Origin: Halobacteriovoraceae bacterium
GTDB taxonomy: Bacteria; Bdellovibrionota; Bacteriovoracia; Bacteriovoracales; Bacteriovoracaceae
DNA length: 64,000 nt
Reading direction: 5' to 3'
Assembly (NCBI GenBank): GCA_963719505.1
Contig: CAVRCF010000005.1
Coordinates: 544,001 to 608,000 of the forward strand
The notes beneath the pieces are model-generated. The model saw only the letters and a list, made by a program, of their open reading frames with translations, was not told the DNA's origin and made no database searches. Shown here piece after piece: positions 38,747 through 49,977 of the stretch; the first letter of the stretch is position 1, and each line of letters begins with the position of its first letter. A program made the translations under genes and the position numbers.

Positions 38747-39786
38747 TCTAAATAACCACGCTTTTGCTGGTCTCTTTCAATTGATCTAAAAAGTGCACCA
38801 AAGTTTCCTTCACCAAATGATTGATGATTTTTTCTTTGAATAATCTCTATAAAAATAGGACCAATAACATTTTTTGTGAAGATCTGAAGGATATACCCTG
38901 TCTCATCTCCATCAACTAGAATTTGGAGATCTTGAAGTTTCTTTTGATCCTCTGACACGTTTGGAAGTCTCTCAAAGACTTCATCATAATACTGATCATC
39001 AATATCTAAACACGTGATACCAGCTTTTTGAATGCCTGAAACAGACTTTATAATATCATCTGTCAAAAAGGCTATATGCTGGACTCCGGGTCCTTTATAC
39101 TCTTCTAAATATTCCGCGATCTGTGACTTAGGATCAGTCGCCTCGTTAATAGGAATACAGAAGCTTCCATCTGGAGAACGAAGGGCAAAGGATTGAAGAC
39201 CTGTTTTAACGCCTTTGATGTCAAAGTATCTTACTTCTTCGAATCCAAAGATTCCTTTATAGAAGTCTGACCATTTCTCAAGCTCACCTTTATCGACGTT
39301 ATTTGTTAAGTGATCAATGACAGTAAAGCCAAGGCTTTCAACAATTTCAGGTTTGTCTAATTTTTTGAAGCCCATTTTTTCATAACGATCGCCATCAGAA
39401 AAATTATCCATCAAATAGATATTGCTTTCGCCAATTCCTTTAATTGTAGGTATCGCTTCACCTGAAACGGTGTAATCAGTGTTTTCACTTGCGACAGCAC
39501 CACGCTCAATAGCGGTTTCGAATGCTTTTTTTGAATCTTTCACTCTCCAACCCATAGAACTTACGCAAGGCCCATGAGCTTTAAAGAAATCGTTACCAAA
39601 TGTTTGTGGTTCGTAATTAAGAAGGAAAACAATATCATTTTGCTGATAAAGATCGATCTTTTTGGATTCGTGTCTCATCAGTTTTGAAAAGCCAAAAGCT
39701 TTAAAAAGATTACTAAGAGCTTCAGGTTCATTAGAACTAAATTCTGTAAACTCAATTCCACATAAGTCTAAATAGTTGTTTGCCAT
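38743..39786 (-). CDS. hppD: 4-hydroxyphenylpyruvate dioxygenase
   Basis: IDHLTNNV, IPINE, GVQHIAF, LQIFT and FIEIIQRK...FGEGNFGALF motifs. Confidence 0.95.
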   Translation of the reverse strand: MANNYLDLCGIEFTEFSSNEPEALSNLFKAFGFSKLMRHESKKIDLYQQNDIVFLLNYEPQTFGNDFFKAHGPCVSSMGWRVKDSKKAFETAIERGAVASENTDYTVSGEAIPTIKGIGESNIYLMDNFSDGDRYEKMGFKKLDKPEIVESLGFTVIDHLTNNVDKGELEKWSDFYKGIFGFEEVRYFDIKGVKTGLQSFALRSPDGSFCIPINEATDPKSQIAEYLEEYKGPGVQHIAFLTDDIIKSVSGIQKAGITCLDIDDQYYDEVFERLPNVSEDQKKLQDLQILVDGDETGYILQIFTKNVIGPIFIEIIQRKNHQSFGEGNFGALFRSIERDQQKRGYLD

Positions 39787-39804
39787 CTCATTTCCTTTTA
39801 TTAG

Positions 39805-40959
39805 TTATTTGATCTTTTTTATTAAAAAATACTGGTTACCTAAAAACTTCAAGTGGTTGGCTACAAATTCTGCTTTCTTACCGAAACCAAAATAGAGGTC
39901 ACTTCTGGCATTTCCTTTAATCGCTCCCCCAGTGTCTTGGTTAATCATAAAGCGAGAGAAATTTTCAGTTATGACTTCACCTTGCTCGTTTAAACTTACT
40001 GGTTTTTTTGTTTGAATAAAGTTAATGAGGCCATACTCTTGATATTTTCTATAGTCAGTCGCTAGCGAGCGATTTTCAGTCAAAGGAATATTTCTTACCC
40101 CAAGAGGCTCATCCTTAGTGACCTTAAAAAACACATAACTAGGGCATGATGCCATGACAGCTCTTTCATCACCAGGATTTTCTTCAAGATACTGTCTTTG
40201 GTGAGCTATACTTGTCTTTCCCGGCTCAAGCATACCCTGCTCGTTCATATACTTATACAGCATATTAAATTTTAACTTATTGGTTCCAGCATAACTAAGA
40301 TAGAACGACGAAACACTTCCATCTTCATTTGTGACCTGCACTCTTCCGCCACCTTCGACATGAAGAAGCCAAATATCATAGCGGCTCTCTTTGACATAAA
40401 ATAGCTCTAAGTTTTTTCCATCAAGCTTACCCTCGAAGTCAATCTGCTCGCGACTAAGAGATCTAAAATCAGACTTTACAGGCATTGCATAAATTGGGTT
40501 TTTAAAGATGTCAGTCTTTACCTTTGAACCGATAAGGTCAGGTGAATAATACGAAGTAAAAAGCGTTTTACCTGTTTTAAATCCAGCTTCAGATTGCGAG
40601 GGCTTTGGTTTATAGAGAGCGAATTCTTTATTGATTTTTGAGCTTAGGTCTTGATAGCAGTCTGTAGAAACATCAGTACCGAGACATGTTTTAGCCTCCA
40701 AGACATACTTTTTAAAAAGGTCGAGAGAGCCTTTCAAGTTTTGACGAGTATAGAAAAGTGTCCCAAGTTTAAACTTTGTCTTCAGGGTAGGATATTTAGA
40801 TAATTGCTCAAGCTGTCTATCGATGGCTAAAAGCATATTGTCGAAGTTTAAATCGTCCGAAAATTCAATCGTTTCATATACTCTTTGGGTAGGGCCCATC
40901 TTACTTACTGAAGCTGAAACCCCAAAAGCCACGATGAACATCGCAATCAAATAACGCAT
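39805..40959 (-). CDS. mltA: MltA-family lytic murein transglycosylase
   Basis: FTSYYSP, HVEGGG, PSYVFF and QDTGGAIKG...RSDLYFG (3D domain). Confidence 0.9.
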   Translation of the reverse strand: MRYLIAMFIVAFGVSASVSKMGPTQRVYETIEFSDDLNFDNMLLAIDRQLEQLSKYPTLKTKFKLGTLFYTRQNLKGSLDLFKKYVLEAKTCLGTDVSTDCYQDLSSKINKEFALYKPKPSQSEAGFKTGKTLFTSYYSPDLIGSKVKTDIFKNPIYAMPVKSDFRSLSREQIDFEGKLDGKNLELFYVKESRYDIWLLHVEGGGRVQVTNEDGSVSSFYLSYAGTNKLKFNMLYKYMNEQGMLEPGKTSIAHQRQYLEENPGDERAVMASCPSYVFFKVTKDEPLGVRNIPLTENRSLATDYRKYQEYGLINFIQTKKPVSLNEQGEVITENFSRFMINQDTGGAIKGNARSDLYFGFGKKAEFVANHLKFLGNQYFLIKKIK

Positions 40960-41032
40960 AGCACTCCTCTTCTCTAAAATATTAAAAATTTAAGATAGAA
41001 AATGCGTATCAACCTGTCAATTAACCCTGTAA

Positions 41033-41542
41033 TTATAGAGTTTTACCCATAAAATGAAGTTCTAAACCATTGAATTCTCTAGTCGATTCATAGGTATAAT
41101 TATTTTTTAAGTAGAAGCTTCTATTTCTAGCTTTAGGGCCTGTAATAAGATGAACACCGGCTGAACATTTGTCCTCAAAAAAAGCTAAAAGTTTTGAACC
41201 AACGCCCAAGCCTCTACAATGAGAAGAGAGGTTAATATGGAGATGGGCAGGGAACTTGAGATACAAGTCTTCAAAAAGTGAATAGTGGGGCAACAATTGA
41301 TACAAGTCTTTGTCTGTAAGTGAATGAGGGCTTCCACAAATATAGCCAAGGATATGATCACCATCGCTCGCTATAAAAAAATATTCAGGATAGTTCTCTT
41401 TGTAAAAACCTAAATATTTAAAGAGAAAGTCCCTTTTTTGCTTATCATCAACAAATGTCTTTTTAGCCGAGCTTTCAAAGAAGATTTCTACGATTGAGCT
41501 CCAACTTTTAGGACTGTTTAAAATGGAATTAATCTCTAACAT
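41033..41542 (-). CDS. GNAT-family acetyltransferase
   Basis: FPAHLHINL...RGLGVGSKL...FYLKN. Confidence 0.85.
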   Translation of the reverse strand: MLEINSILNSPKSWSSIVEIFFESSAKKTFVDDKQKRDFLFKYLGFYKENYPEYFFIASDGDHILGYICGSPHSLTDKDLYQLLPHYSLFEDLYLKFPAHLHINLSSHCRGLGVGSKLLAFFEDKCSAGVHLITGPKARNRSFYLKNNYTYESTREFNGLELHFMGKTL

Positions 41543-42603
41543 AGTTTTTCGATTCTTTTCGTTAGAATAATCCTCTTATACAAACTTGGATCGTTCTGTT
41601 TATCTTCCTTTGAGAGTTCATAACTTGAGGTTTGAAACTTTTTAAAAGATGCCAGATTAAAATTAATGAAATAATTATCGAGAAGGAAAGCAAGGTATAA
41701 AGGTGAAACCTTCGCCTTTTCAAAAAGAATAAGACTATTTTCGAGTTCACCAAAACTACTTTTTAAAAGTGCGTTGATATCACTGTTAATCTCAAGCTTA
41801 ATAACTCCCTTTTTCGACAACCCTAACCTACTAACCAGAGACTGCTTATCTTGAAGGCCAATCCTTGGATCCATCTTAACCATGAGTTCAAGATCTTCAT
41901 CGAAACTCTCTGTCTCATCCAATAGATTGTTTAAATCAAGTATTTTTATCAGAAAGCAAATCGGCTTTTTAGACTTTGTCGCCTCCATTTTTAGATAATG
42001 TGAAGTTGCTGTACTAGAGTCAAAAGATTCAAGCTGTTCTTTGAGGTACTGACTCAAAGTAAAGTTCATTTTCAAAGAAAATCTTAAAGCTCGAAGGACA
42101 CGCACCGGATCTTTTGAAAAAGTAGCTCGATTGCACTCGACAAGACTCCTAGTCTCTAGATCATTTACGCCACCCATCGGATCGACAATAGACCACTTTT
42201 TCTCTTTATATAAAAAGAGAATGGCATTTATCGTAAAGTCTCTTCTTTTAAAGCCTTCGGTGTAATCTAGATCTTGGATAAACTCAACATCAAAATTAGA
42301 GTGTCCAGTTTGGCCATTAAAAATCTCCACTCTTGGCATTCCCATCTCAACAGAGAACTCTCCGAAAGAGACACTTAAAATATTATAATTTAAAAGCTTG
42401 GCGTTGTATTTATCCTGAATAAAAGAATAGAGCTCAGATGTGTCTGTCTTGTTTAATGGCCTTATTTCAACGTCAATATCCCTCGATATTTTTCCCGTGT
42501 GAAGGTAATCTCTACAAAAGCCACCAACGATTCCAACAGCAAAGTCTCTTGCAGTGATCTCATCAAATAGAGCTGTAATTTCTGAAGGAAGAGTTAAATT
42601 CAT
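41536..42603 (-). CDS. tRNA nucleotidyltransferase / poly(A) polymerase family protein
   Basis: VGGFCRD, DIDVE, RRDFTINAI and DPVRVLRALRF motifs. Confidence 0.85.
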   Translation of the reverse strand: MNLTLPSEITALFDEITARDFAVGIVGGFCRDYLHTGKISRDIDVEIRPLNKTDTSELYSFIQDKYNAKLLNYNILSVSFGEFSVEMGMPRVEIFNGQTGHSNFDVEFIQDLDYTEGFKRRDFTINAILFLYKEKKWSIVDPMGGVNDLETRSLVECNRATFSKDPVRVLRALRFSLKMNFTLSQYLKEQLESFDSSTATSHYLKMEATKSKKPICFLIKILDLNNLLDETESFDEDLELMVKMDPRIGLQDKQSLVSRLGLSKKGVIKLEINSDINALLKSSFGELENSLILFEKAKVSPLYLAFLLDNYFINFNLASFKKFQTSSYELSKEDKQNDPSLYKRIILTKRIEKLC

Positions 42604-42608
42604 ACCGA

Positions 42609-43514
42609 TTATTCTACATCAAGATGTTCAACTTCTTTTTGTAAGAAATCATAAACAGTTTTAATTTTCAAACTATCTTTATCATCGGAATGAAAAACAA
42701 AATGGAACTCCGAGGATTCAATGTCTGCTTGTTTACCAAAGGTTTCAATCGTCTTTCGAAAATGGGATCTTCTAAAAACGTGAGTTGGGACAACAGCAAT
42801 CCCTAGCCCATCATTAACGGCCTGAAGGACCTGTCCAAATGCGTTGACAACGATTCTTGGTTTTATATTTCTCGGTGCCTGACCGTACTTTGTTTTACAC
42901 CAATGATAAAAAAGTGGATCCCTCTCTTCAAAGAAGACCAAAGGGTAATCGCAAAGGGCTTTCATCTCTATAGACTCAGAAATCTTGTAGTCTTTATTTT
43001 TTGGAAAGACCAAAGTACAGCTTTCATTGTGAAGCACAAAGCTGTCTGAGTAGACGGGAACTAGTTTCTCGGGAACGATCATGATGTCGAGCTCAAAGCG
43101 ATCAAACAAAGCGATGAGCTTATCGGGAAAGTCCATTTTAATATCTATTGATACGTCAGGGTAAAGTTTGGACAGTTCCAGAAGTCTATTCGCGATCCAT
43201 GATTTCCCAATTCCAAAAAGGGTTCCCACTCTAATACTTCCCGAAATTTTGTTTTGATCTTGGAGAATGCCTGTGATGGCATCATCAAGTTTTTTAAGGT
43301 GAGTTTTCCCAAGCTTGGCCAGCCTCATTCCAGACGGAGTAAGAACGACTTTTTTTCCCTTTCTTGTTACAACGGGAAAACCAATCTTTGCTTCAATGGC
43401 CTTAAGGTTTTGGGATACAGCGGACTGGGTAATACCAAGAGATTCAGCTGCCTCTGATAAATTGGTAGCCTGACTGAGAGCAACTAGTACTTGTAACTGT
43501 CCTGACTCAATCAT
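42609..43514 (-). CDS. LysR-family regulator
   Basis: LSEAAESLGITQSAVSQNLKAIE HTH plus substrate-binding domain. Confidence 0.9.
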   Translation of the reverse strand: MIESGQLQVLVALSQATNLSEAAESLGITQSAVSQNLKAIEAKIGFPVVTRKGKKVVLTPSGMRLAKLGKTHLKKLDDAITGILQDQNKISGSIRVGTLFGIGKSWIANRLLELSKLYPDVSIDIKMDFPDKLIALFDRFELDIMIVPEKLVPVYSDSFVLHNESCTLVFPKNKDYKISESIEMKALCDYPLVFFEERDPLFYHWCKTKYGQAPRNIKPRIVVNAFGQVLQAVNDGLGIAVVPTHVFRRSHFRKTIETFGKQADIESSEFHFVFHSDDKDSLKIKTVYDFLQKEVEHLDVE

Positions 43515-43520
43515 TAAAAC

Positions 43521-44036
43521 CTACCTTATACTAATAATATCACATTCTAACTTAATCTTCTTTCTTCCAGGGAGATTATATTTTAGAGATATCTTTTTAG
43601 GAGATTTATAGATGGTTCTCCCTCTTCTGTCGACATAAGATACCTGAGGATCAATATTATCTTTGGCTTCAATTCGAACGATTGATTGCTTGTCCCCAAG
43701 AATTTTCTGCTCTTTCATCCCTCTGGAGTCATCTTGAATTCTCAAAAGTGTTAAATAGTAGTCAGCCCCAATAACTTCGCTAGTGGCGTCTCTATATTCC
43801 TCACCTAGGCTTAGGTTTAAAAGGTAGATGGCTTGGCTATCTAGTGCCATTTTTGGCTTAACGGCAAATGATTGGGTGGTATTTTCTGATAAAGTCACAA
43901 GGTTTAAAACTGTTCTTTGCGCCCTTCCAGCTCTTGAACTTTCTTCAAGTTTACAGGTTGTCGTAACTTCTGGGGCCTTGGCGAAAGTCAGTACGCTTGA
44001 TAGACATAGAATGTAGATAAGTAGCTGTTTATTCAT
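43521..44036 (-). CDS. Secreted hypothetical protein
   Basis: GGAGA RBS before the ATG at 44036; signal peptide MNKQLLIYILCLSSVLTFA. Confidence 0.7.
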   Translation of the reverse strand: MNKQLLIYILCLSSVLTFAKAPEVTTTCKLEESSRAGRAQRTVLNLVTLSENTTQSFAVKPKMALDSQAIYLLNLSLGEEYRDATSEVIGADYYLTLLRIQDDSRGMKEQKILGDKQSIVRIEAKDNIDPQVSYVDRRGRTIYKSPKKISLKYNLPGRKKIKLECDIISIR

Positions 44037-44147
44037 AATTTTTCTCTCCAGATATAGGATCATTTTATCAAGAGAATAGAATTGAATATAGTCGAGTTGG
44101 TAAATTTTCAAGGGGGTGTCTAAAAGTTAAACACTAATAAGGAGTTG

Positions 44148-44924
44148 CTAATCAATTCCTTTTTCATAAAGCTCTCTAATTTCGTCTTGTGACAGTGTCC
44201 TTCTCCAAATTCCTAAAGCTGCTATCTGCCCTTGGAAAACACTTCCTCCATCAATTCTAGAACAAATAGAAAAAGTATTATTAGAAGGACCTTGAGCAGA
44301 GCCAGATAAACTATCAGCAAATATATAATTTCCATCGGAATAAACGTCTACTTGATTATAGTCGTAAACATTAACCGATATATGGACCCAATTGTTATTC
44401 TGAAGGTTGGCAACCGATTCTATTACAACATTAGTCATAGTACTCATATCTTGGGAAAACCTAAGATCATGAATTCCATCACCGTTGGATACAGGTCCCA
44501 GATCAATATAGCCGTTACTAAATCCTATTATGGTTCCTATAGTTGCAATTTCAAAAGTTGATTGTTTTACAAAGAAAGAAATATTGTAGTTTTCATTCAA
44601 ACCCAGCGAAAAAGAGCTCGTCGATAAAAGATTTTGACCTGACTCAATGGAGGCAGAAGTGCAATCAACAGCGCTTCCAAAAGGCGCTGTCACAATAGAG
44701 ATCCCTCCTGCCGTACTGTCATCTAGTACATAGCCTCCAAAGAGACTATTTTTATTTGAACCTTGTGGACCATTAAAATTGAAATACATTTCAATCTGCT
44801 CTGTTAAAGAGCTATCTTTACCTCTGTCATTACTTAAAGCTGGGTCAACTTTCGCTTTCACTCCTGTCACAACCTCAATAACATTACAGGAAACAAATAA
44901 AAAAAGAATTAAGATATATTTCAT
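44148..44924 (-). CDS. LamG/concanavalin-like domain lipoprotein
   Basis: Lipobox FVSC; NNWVHISV...VYSDG...FQGQIAALGIWRRTLSQDEIRELY. Confidence 0.8.
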   Translation of the reverse strand: MKYILILFLFVSCNVIEVVTGVKAKVDPALSNDRGKDSSLTEQIEMYFNFNGPQGSNKNSLFGGYVLDDSTAGGISIVTAPFGSAVDCTSASIESGQNLLSTSSFSLGLNENYNISFFVKQSTFEIATIGTIIGFSNGYIDLGPVSNGDGIHDLRFSQDMSTMTNVVIESVANLQNNNWVHISVNVYDYNQVDVYSDGNYIFADSLSGSAQGPSNNTFSICSRIDGGSVFQGQIAALGIWRRTLSQDEIRELYEKGID

Positions 44925-44960
44925 AAGCAAATCCTAGCAGAGCTCAAACTTGCGGGCAAT

Positions 44961-44986
44961 AAAAAAGCCCCGAAAAATCGGGGCTT
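44961..44986 (-). terminator. Intrinsic terminator after fusA
   Basis: AAGCCCCGA-AAAA-TCGGGGCTT hairpin with a T-tract on the minus strand. Confidence 0.88.
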
Positions 44987-45014
44987 CTCTATAAACTTAA
45001 ATAAATTTTTAATC

Positions 45015-47196
45015 CTAATCGTCGTTAGCAAGCTTCTCTTGACGAGCTTTGATAACGTCAGCTTGGATATTAGCTGGACAATCTTTGTATTCAGCAAATT
45101 CCATAGAATAAGATGCTTTACCAGCTGAACCAGAACGTAGATCAGTTGAGTAACCAAACATTTCAGATAAGTGGAACCTGAGCATTAACGACAGTTTCAC
45201 CACCGGAGTTGCTTCAGTACCTTGGATTAATACCACGTCTTGAAGATAAATCTCCAATAACAAAACCTTGGAACTCATCTGGAGTTTCAACTTGAACTTG
45301 CATAAATGGCTCAAGAAGAACTGGACGTCTGCTTTCCAATAGCTTGTCTCATCGCTTGACGAGAAGCAATTCTAAAGGCCATATCACGATGAATCGACAT
45401 CATGATACTTACCGTCGTTAAGATCTACTTCAACATCAATAAGTGGGAACGCTGCAAGAGGTCCTTTATCCATAACGTCTTCAAAACCTTTCTCACATGC
45501 TCCAATAAATTCAGAAGGAATCGATCCCCCTTTAATATTGTTTTTGAATGAAAAGTTTTGATCTTCTTTCTCTTTTCTCTCTGCAGTAAGTGGACGTAGA
45601 TCACACCAACAACCTGACCAAATTGTCCAGATCCACCTGTTTGCTTCTTATGAGTATAATCAAAAGCAGCTTCGTTGGCGAATTGTCTCTCTGTAGTTAA
45701 CTTGTGGAGCACCAACTTCTACGTCAGCTTTATACTCTCTTTTAAGTCTTTCTACATAGATCTCAAGGTGAAGCTCACCCATACCAGCGATTCTTGTTTC
45801 TCCTGACTCTTCATCTGTAAAAACGTGGAATGTTGGATCTTCTTTTCTAAATCTTGCAAGACCTTTAGACATTCTTGCTTGCATATCTTTATCTTTTGCT
45901 CTAATTGAAAGCTCGATAACTGGAATAGGAATATGCATTCCCTCACATGAAATATTTAAAGATCATCATCGTTGCAACAAATGTATCACCAGAAGCACAG
46001 TCAATACCAACCATAGCGATGATATCTCCAGCTCCAGCGGCATCGATATTTTCTCTGTCGTTAGAGTTCATTCTAACCATTCTACCAATACGAACTTTTT
46101 TCTTTCCAGTTCTAGTATTCCAAATTGAGTCACCTTTTGTAAGTGTCCCTTGGTAAATTCTTGTATAAGTTAACTGTCCAAATTGCTCATCAGTAATTTT
46201 AAATGCCATACAAACAAGTGGCTTTGCAAAATCTGGCTCAAGAGTAATTTTATCTTCAGTTCCATCTTTAGTTTCTTTCTTAGCCCAGTGGTTTAGCACA
46301 TGAAAGTGGAGAAGGAAGGTATCTTGCAACAGCGTTTAAGAAGTGACTGAACACCTTTGTTTTTAAATGCTGATCCCATAAGAACAGGAGTAAGCTCAAG
46401 AGAGTTAACACCAGTTTCTAATACATTTGTGAAGCTCTTCTTCAGTTGGCTCATTACCTTCAAGGTATTTCTCCATGATTTCGTCGTCAAAAGCAGCAAC
46501 TTCATCAATCATGATCGCTCTTTTCTCTTCCATTAATTCAACTAAGATCAGCTGGACATCTCTTCACGTCTAACGATTTCACCGTTGTCTCCATCAAAGT
46601 AATAAGCTTTTTTAGTGATAAGATCAACAACACCGTTAAAATTTTCTTCAGCACCAATAGGTATTTGAATAAGAACAGCATTGTGGTTAAGTTTTTCACG
46701 AAGCTCTTTAGCTCCTTTTTCAGCTCCTGCACCCATACGATCCATTTTGTTTAGGAACGCAAGTCTTGGAACATTATATCTTTTCATCTGTCTGTCAACT
46801 GTAATTGACTGAGCTTGAACACCTGATACTGAACAAAGAACAAGAACTGCACCATCAAGAACTCTTAGAGATCTCTCAACTTCAACTGTAAAGTCAACGT
46901 GGCCTGGAGTATCGATAATGTTAATCTTGATTGATTTCCCATCACCTTCAGCGAAAGTGATTCCTTCTTTATCGATATCCTTGCCAGTTAACAGTCGTCG
47001 CTGCAGAAGTAATCGTAATACCTTTTTCTTTTTCAAGTTCCATGTGGTCCATTGTTGCACCAGCACCACCACCACGAACATCTTCAATTTTGTGAATCAT
47101 GTCGCAGTAAAAAAGGATTCGTTCTGTAAGTGTTGTTTTTCCTGAGTCAATATGGGCTGAAATCCCAATATTTCTCGTTTTAGGTAAGTTTTTCAT
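45015..47196 (-). CDS. fusA: Elongation factor G (stand-alone copy), frameshifted in this sequence
   Basis: [58 protein letters not shown] and [11 protein letters not shown] motifs spread over at least 7 ORF fragments. Confidence 0.93.
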
Positions 47197-47342
47197 TTTA
47201 CTCCAAAACTCATAAATGAGAAGTTTATATTGATGATAATTCAATCTTGAATGTTTAAAAAATCAGCGTAAGTTTAGGTAAAAAATCAAATAGAGTCAAT
47301 TTTTAGTTGCAAAATTCTAGATATTTATCGTATAAATGCTTC

Positions 47343-47981
47343 ATGTCAAAAAACGATTTACCAAAAGAAACTCTTTACGAGGGCGTAAAAACTTTAATTG
47401 AGTCTGAAGCCCCACATATCCACCTCTCACAGCAGAAACTTTACACTCTTTTTAGTGTGGCATTCAATTATCTACTGTTTAGATCAACAAAAGAGGCCGG
47501 GCATTACATAATCCGAGTCGAAGATAGCTATTTACTTGAAAAGTTACAAAGAAAGTCAAAAGACACTACAACGCGTGGCTTTTTACAAAAGTTAGCTCTT
47601 CCTAGAAGGTTTAAGTACGGAAATTCAATGTTCCATTTAGATTTCTTTAATTTCTCAACTTGGGCCAACACCAACGAGTTACCAAAAGAAAAAATAAAGG
47701 CCGCTCTCATTGTTAAAAATGCCTCTAAAAAGCCTATTGGCTTCGAAATCAATGACGATGAGGATGAACAGACAAAAGCTCTTCTAGCAAGTCTTCCTGA
47801 CGATTTCTATATGAGCTCCCTTGCAGAGTTCGTTCCAAAGACAATAACTATTGCCTTTGATGAAACTCTTGAGAAAGCTACTGAAATAAAGTTTCCCTTC
47901 ATTATTGAAGAGCCTAAAGAGAAAACTGTTAGCGGTGTGAAGATATCATCAGAAGTGTCATTTGATGATTTAGAAGATTAA
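47343..47981 (+). CDS. Hypothetical protein
   Basis: ORF divergent from fusA; ATG at 47343 chosen. Confidence 0.7.
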   Translation: MSKNDLPKETLYEGVKTLIESEAPHIHLSQQKLYTLFSVAFNYLLFRSTKEAGHYIIRVEDSYLLEKLQRKSKDTTTRGFLQKLALPRRFKYGNSMFHLDFFNFSTWANTNELPKEKIKAALIVKNASKKPIGFEINDDEDEQTKALLASLPDDFYMSSLAEFVPKTITIAFDETLEKATEIKFPFIIEEPKEKTVSGVKISSEVSFDDLED

Positions 47982-49273
47982 GGGGCTGCCATCTTTTTCA
48001 ATAAGTAAGTCTCACCTTGAGTGAACTCAAGACTTTGACCATCTTTAGTAAATTTTAATTTTACCTTTGCTGCTGGATATTCAAACACTTTTTCAGAGGT
48101 GGCATCAAATGGTATCGCTGGTTGACCGGGGACCTGACCAAAAAGTAATTTATCTTTGACTAAGAAAGAGATAACGATAGGTGGCTTATCTGAAGCGTAC
48201 CTTCCAACATATTTATTTAAAATATCACTTGGTATATAAAGCTCTTCCTTAAACTTAACTACTTCTAATTTCTTATTATAAAAATAATTCATTGCCGCCA
48301 AGGAGAGATCATTAAATTCAATTGAAAGGGCATTTGTGAAAACTGCGAGAGTAATATCATCTTTGGGGAAGTAAGCAATGATAGACCTAAAGTTATCTAT
48401 TCCACCAGTATGAGCAAAACCATTTTGATCCGCATAGGGCACGGTAAAGAGACCAAATCCATAACCTTCCACTTGCTTCTTCATTAAAGTCATCATTTTT
48501 TTTGATAAAACTTTACCTTTCATCAATGAGCGAAGAAAAATTGAAACTTCTTTTGGAGTTGATGCTAATGCTCCTGCACCTGTTGTCACTGATGAGTCAG
48601 TGTTAACGCCGACAACCCACTTAGCTTCCTTTGTATAACTAGATACCTCAGAACTTAGAGGTGAACCTTTTTTAAAAATATAAGTCTTTTTTAATCCAAG
48701 CGGTTTAGTGATATATTTTTTTAAAAGCTCACTATAAGACTCTCCAGAGACATCCTCCGCGATATATGTTAAAAGAGAATAACCTGTATTAGAATAAGAA
48801 TACTTTTCACCTGGCCTGAATTCTTGTTTAAGGCCTCTAAATTTTTGAAGTTGTGTTTCTCTACTTATCTTCTTATCAAAATATGAGTAATAATCTTTAG
48901 AGTTGGTGAAGTTCTCTAATCCAGATCGATGTCTTAATAGATGTATTATTGTTATTTCCTCGCCTTTTTTGAAGCCTTTAAAAAATTTTGAAAGAGTTGA
49001 ATCAAGAGATAGTTTATTTTGCTCTACCAATTTCAATATAATGGTCGCCGTATAGATCTTTGTTATAGAGCCTATTCGATATATTGGCTCGGAAGGAGTT
49101 TTCATAAACCCAAAGTTTTTGTAAAAAAACTGATCCTCTCCTTGCGAAATAAGAATTGATCCCATCCCTCGCTTAGAACCACCTATATTATCAAGATATT
49201 TTCCAAGATCTCCATGCTTACCATGCAGTATATTTGCAAAACTTATATTATATAAACCTATAAATAAAAACAT
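47978..49273 (-). CDS. Serine hydrolase (beta-lactamase/PBP family) with a DUF3471-like C-terminus
   Basis: SITK (SxxK), LLRHRSGL, YSN and HTGG motifs; start uncertain. Confidence 0.85.
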   Translation of the reverse strand: MFLFIGLYNISFANILHGKHGDLGKYLDNIGGSKRGMGSILISQGEDQFFYKNFGFMKTPSEPIYRIGSITKIYTATIILKLVEQNKLSLDSTLSKFFKGFKKGEEITIIHLLRHRSGLENFTNSKDYYSYFDKKISRETQLQKFRGLKQEFRPGEKYSYSNTGYSLLTYIAEDVSGESYSELLKKYITKPLGLKKTYIFKKGSPLSSEVSSYTKEAKWVVGVNTDSSVTTGAGALASTPKEVSIFLRSLMKGKVLSKKMMTLMKKQVEGYGFGLFTVPYADQNGFAHTGGIDNFRSIIAYFPKDDITLAVFTNALSIEFNDLSLAAMNYFYNKKLEVVKFKEELYIPSDILNKYVGRYASDKPPIVISFLVKDKLLFGQVPGQPAIPFDATSEKVFEYPAAKVKLKFTKDGQSLEFTQGETYLLKKMAAP

Positions 49274-49275
49274 TT

Positions 49276-49977
49276 TCAACACGTTAATAATCCTTGAATT
49301 TTTTTTGTTATTTGATTTGAAGTTAGCGCTAACCCACAAGCAGGGCTCTCAAAATCATGGTCTGTCTTTAATTGTCCTGTCAGCATTGTTTTGACGCCTG
49401 TTCTGGTATCAATATTACCGAAAAAAAGGTCTTTTTTAATTCTTCTCAAAAGTTCAATATCCTCAATATCTATCATTGAAGAATCAAAACTAATATTTGG
49501 AAAATAACTTAGATCGAGCATCTTCCAGTCCACTTTTGCACAACAGTGAATACCTCTTTCCACCTCGAACTCCCTATAGATCTCCCACAAAGAGTTATCC
49601 AAATCTCTAAGATCTGGCTCATCGAAAAACAAAATATATTCATTAGGGATTCTCTTCAAAAACCTCTTAACGACTAGAAGATACCAATGTTTAAAAGCAT
49701 CTTTTTCAAAGTCTTTTGTTGAATTATTATAAAGAGTTTGAATACCGCAAACCTGAACTTTAATTTTACCTTTGAATCTTTCTATAAATTGATTGAAGCA
49801 AGAAAACGGAAGTTCGTGATCTGATTTCATAAAACCGGAACTAAACTGATTGATCATCCATTCATTATCATAAAGTTTAGGGATTGTGGGCAAAGCGGGT
49901 AACGTGAGACCTTCGTTAAAAGCAATCGCTTCTTCAATAGAAAGGTAAGGCAGAGAACCTATATGGGTCGTTTTCAA
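49276..49977 (-). CDS. Short cobalamin-independent methionine synthase (MetE C-terminal/UROD fold)-like protein
   Basis: TTHIGSLP, FDEP, GIHCC and SPACGL motifs. Confidence 0.7.
   Translation of the reverse strand: MKTTHIGSLPYLSIEEAIAFNEGLTLPALPTIPKLYDNEWMINQFSSGFMKSDHELPFSCFNQFIERFKGKIKVQVCGIQTLYNNSTKDFEKDAFKHWYLLVVKRFLKRIPNEYILFFDEPDLRDLDNSLWEIYREFEVERGIHCCAKVDWKMLDLSYFPNISFDSSMIDIEDIELLRRIKKDLFFGNIDTRTGVKTMLTGQLKTDHDFESPACGLALTSNQITKKIQGLLTC

Noticed and set aside
45015-47196. Programmed frameshifting or phase variation in fusA (and actBC)
   Set aside because: Too many scattered indels, with no consistent slippery site or repeat tract; sequencing error is more parsimonious
47978-49273. 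True beta-lactamase
   Set aside because: SxxK/YxN/HTG motifs with a DUF3471-like tail fit generic serine hydrolases or peptidases
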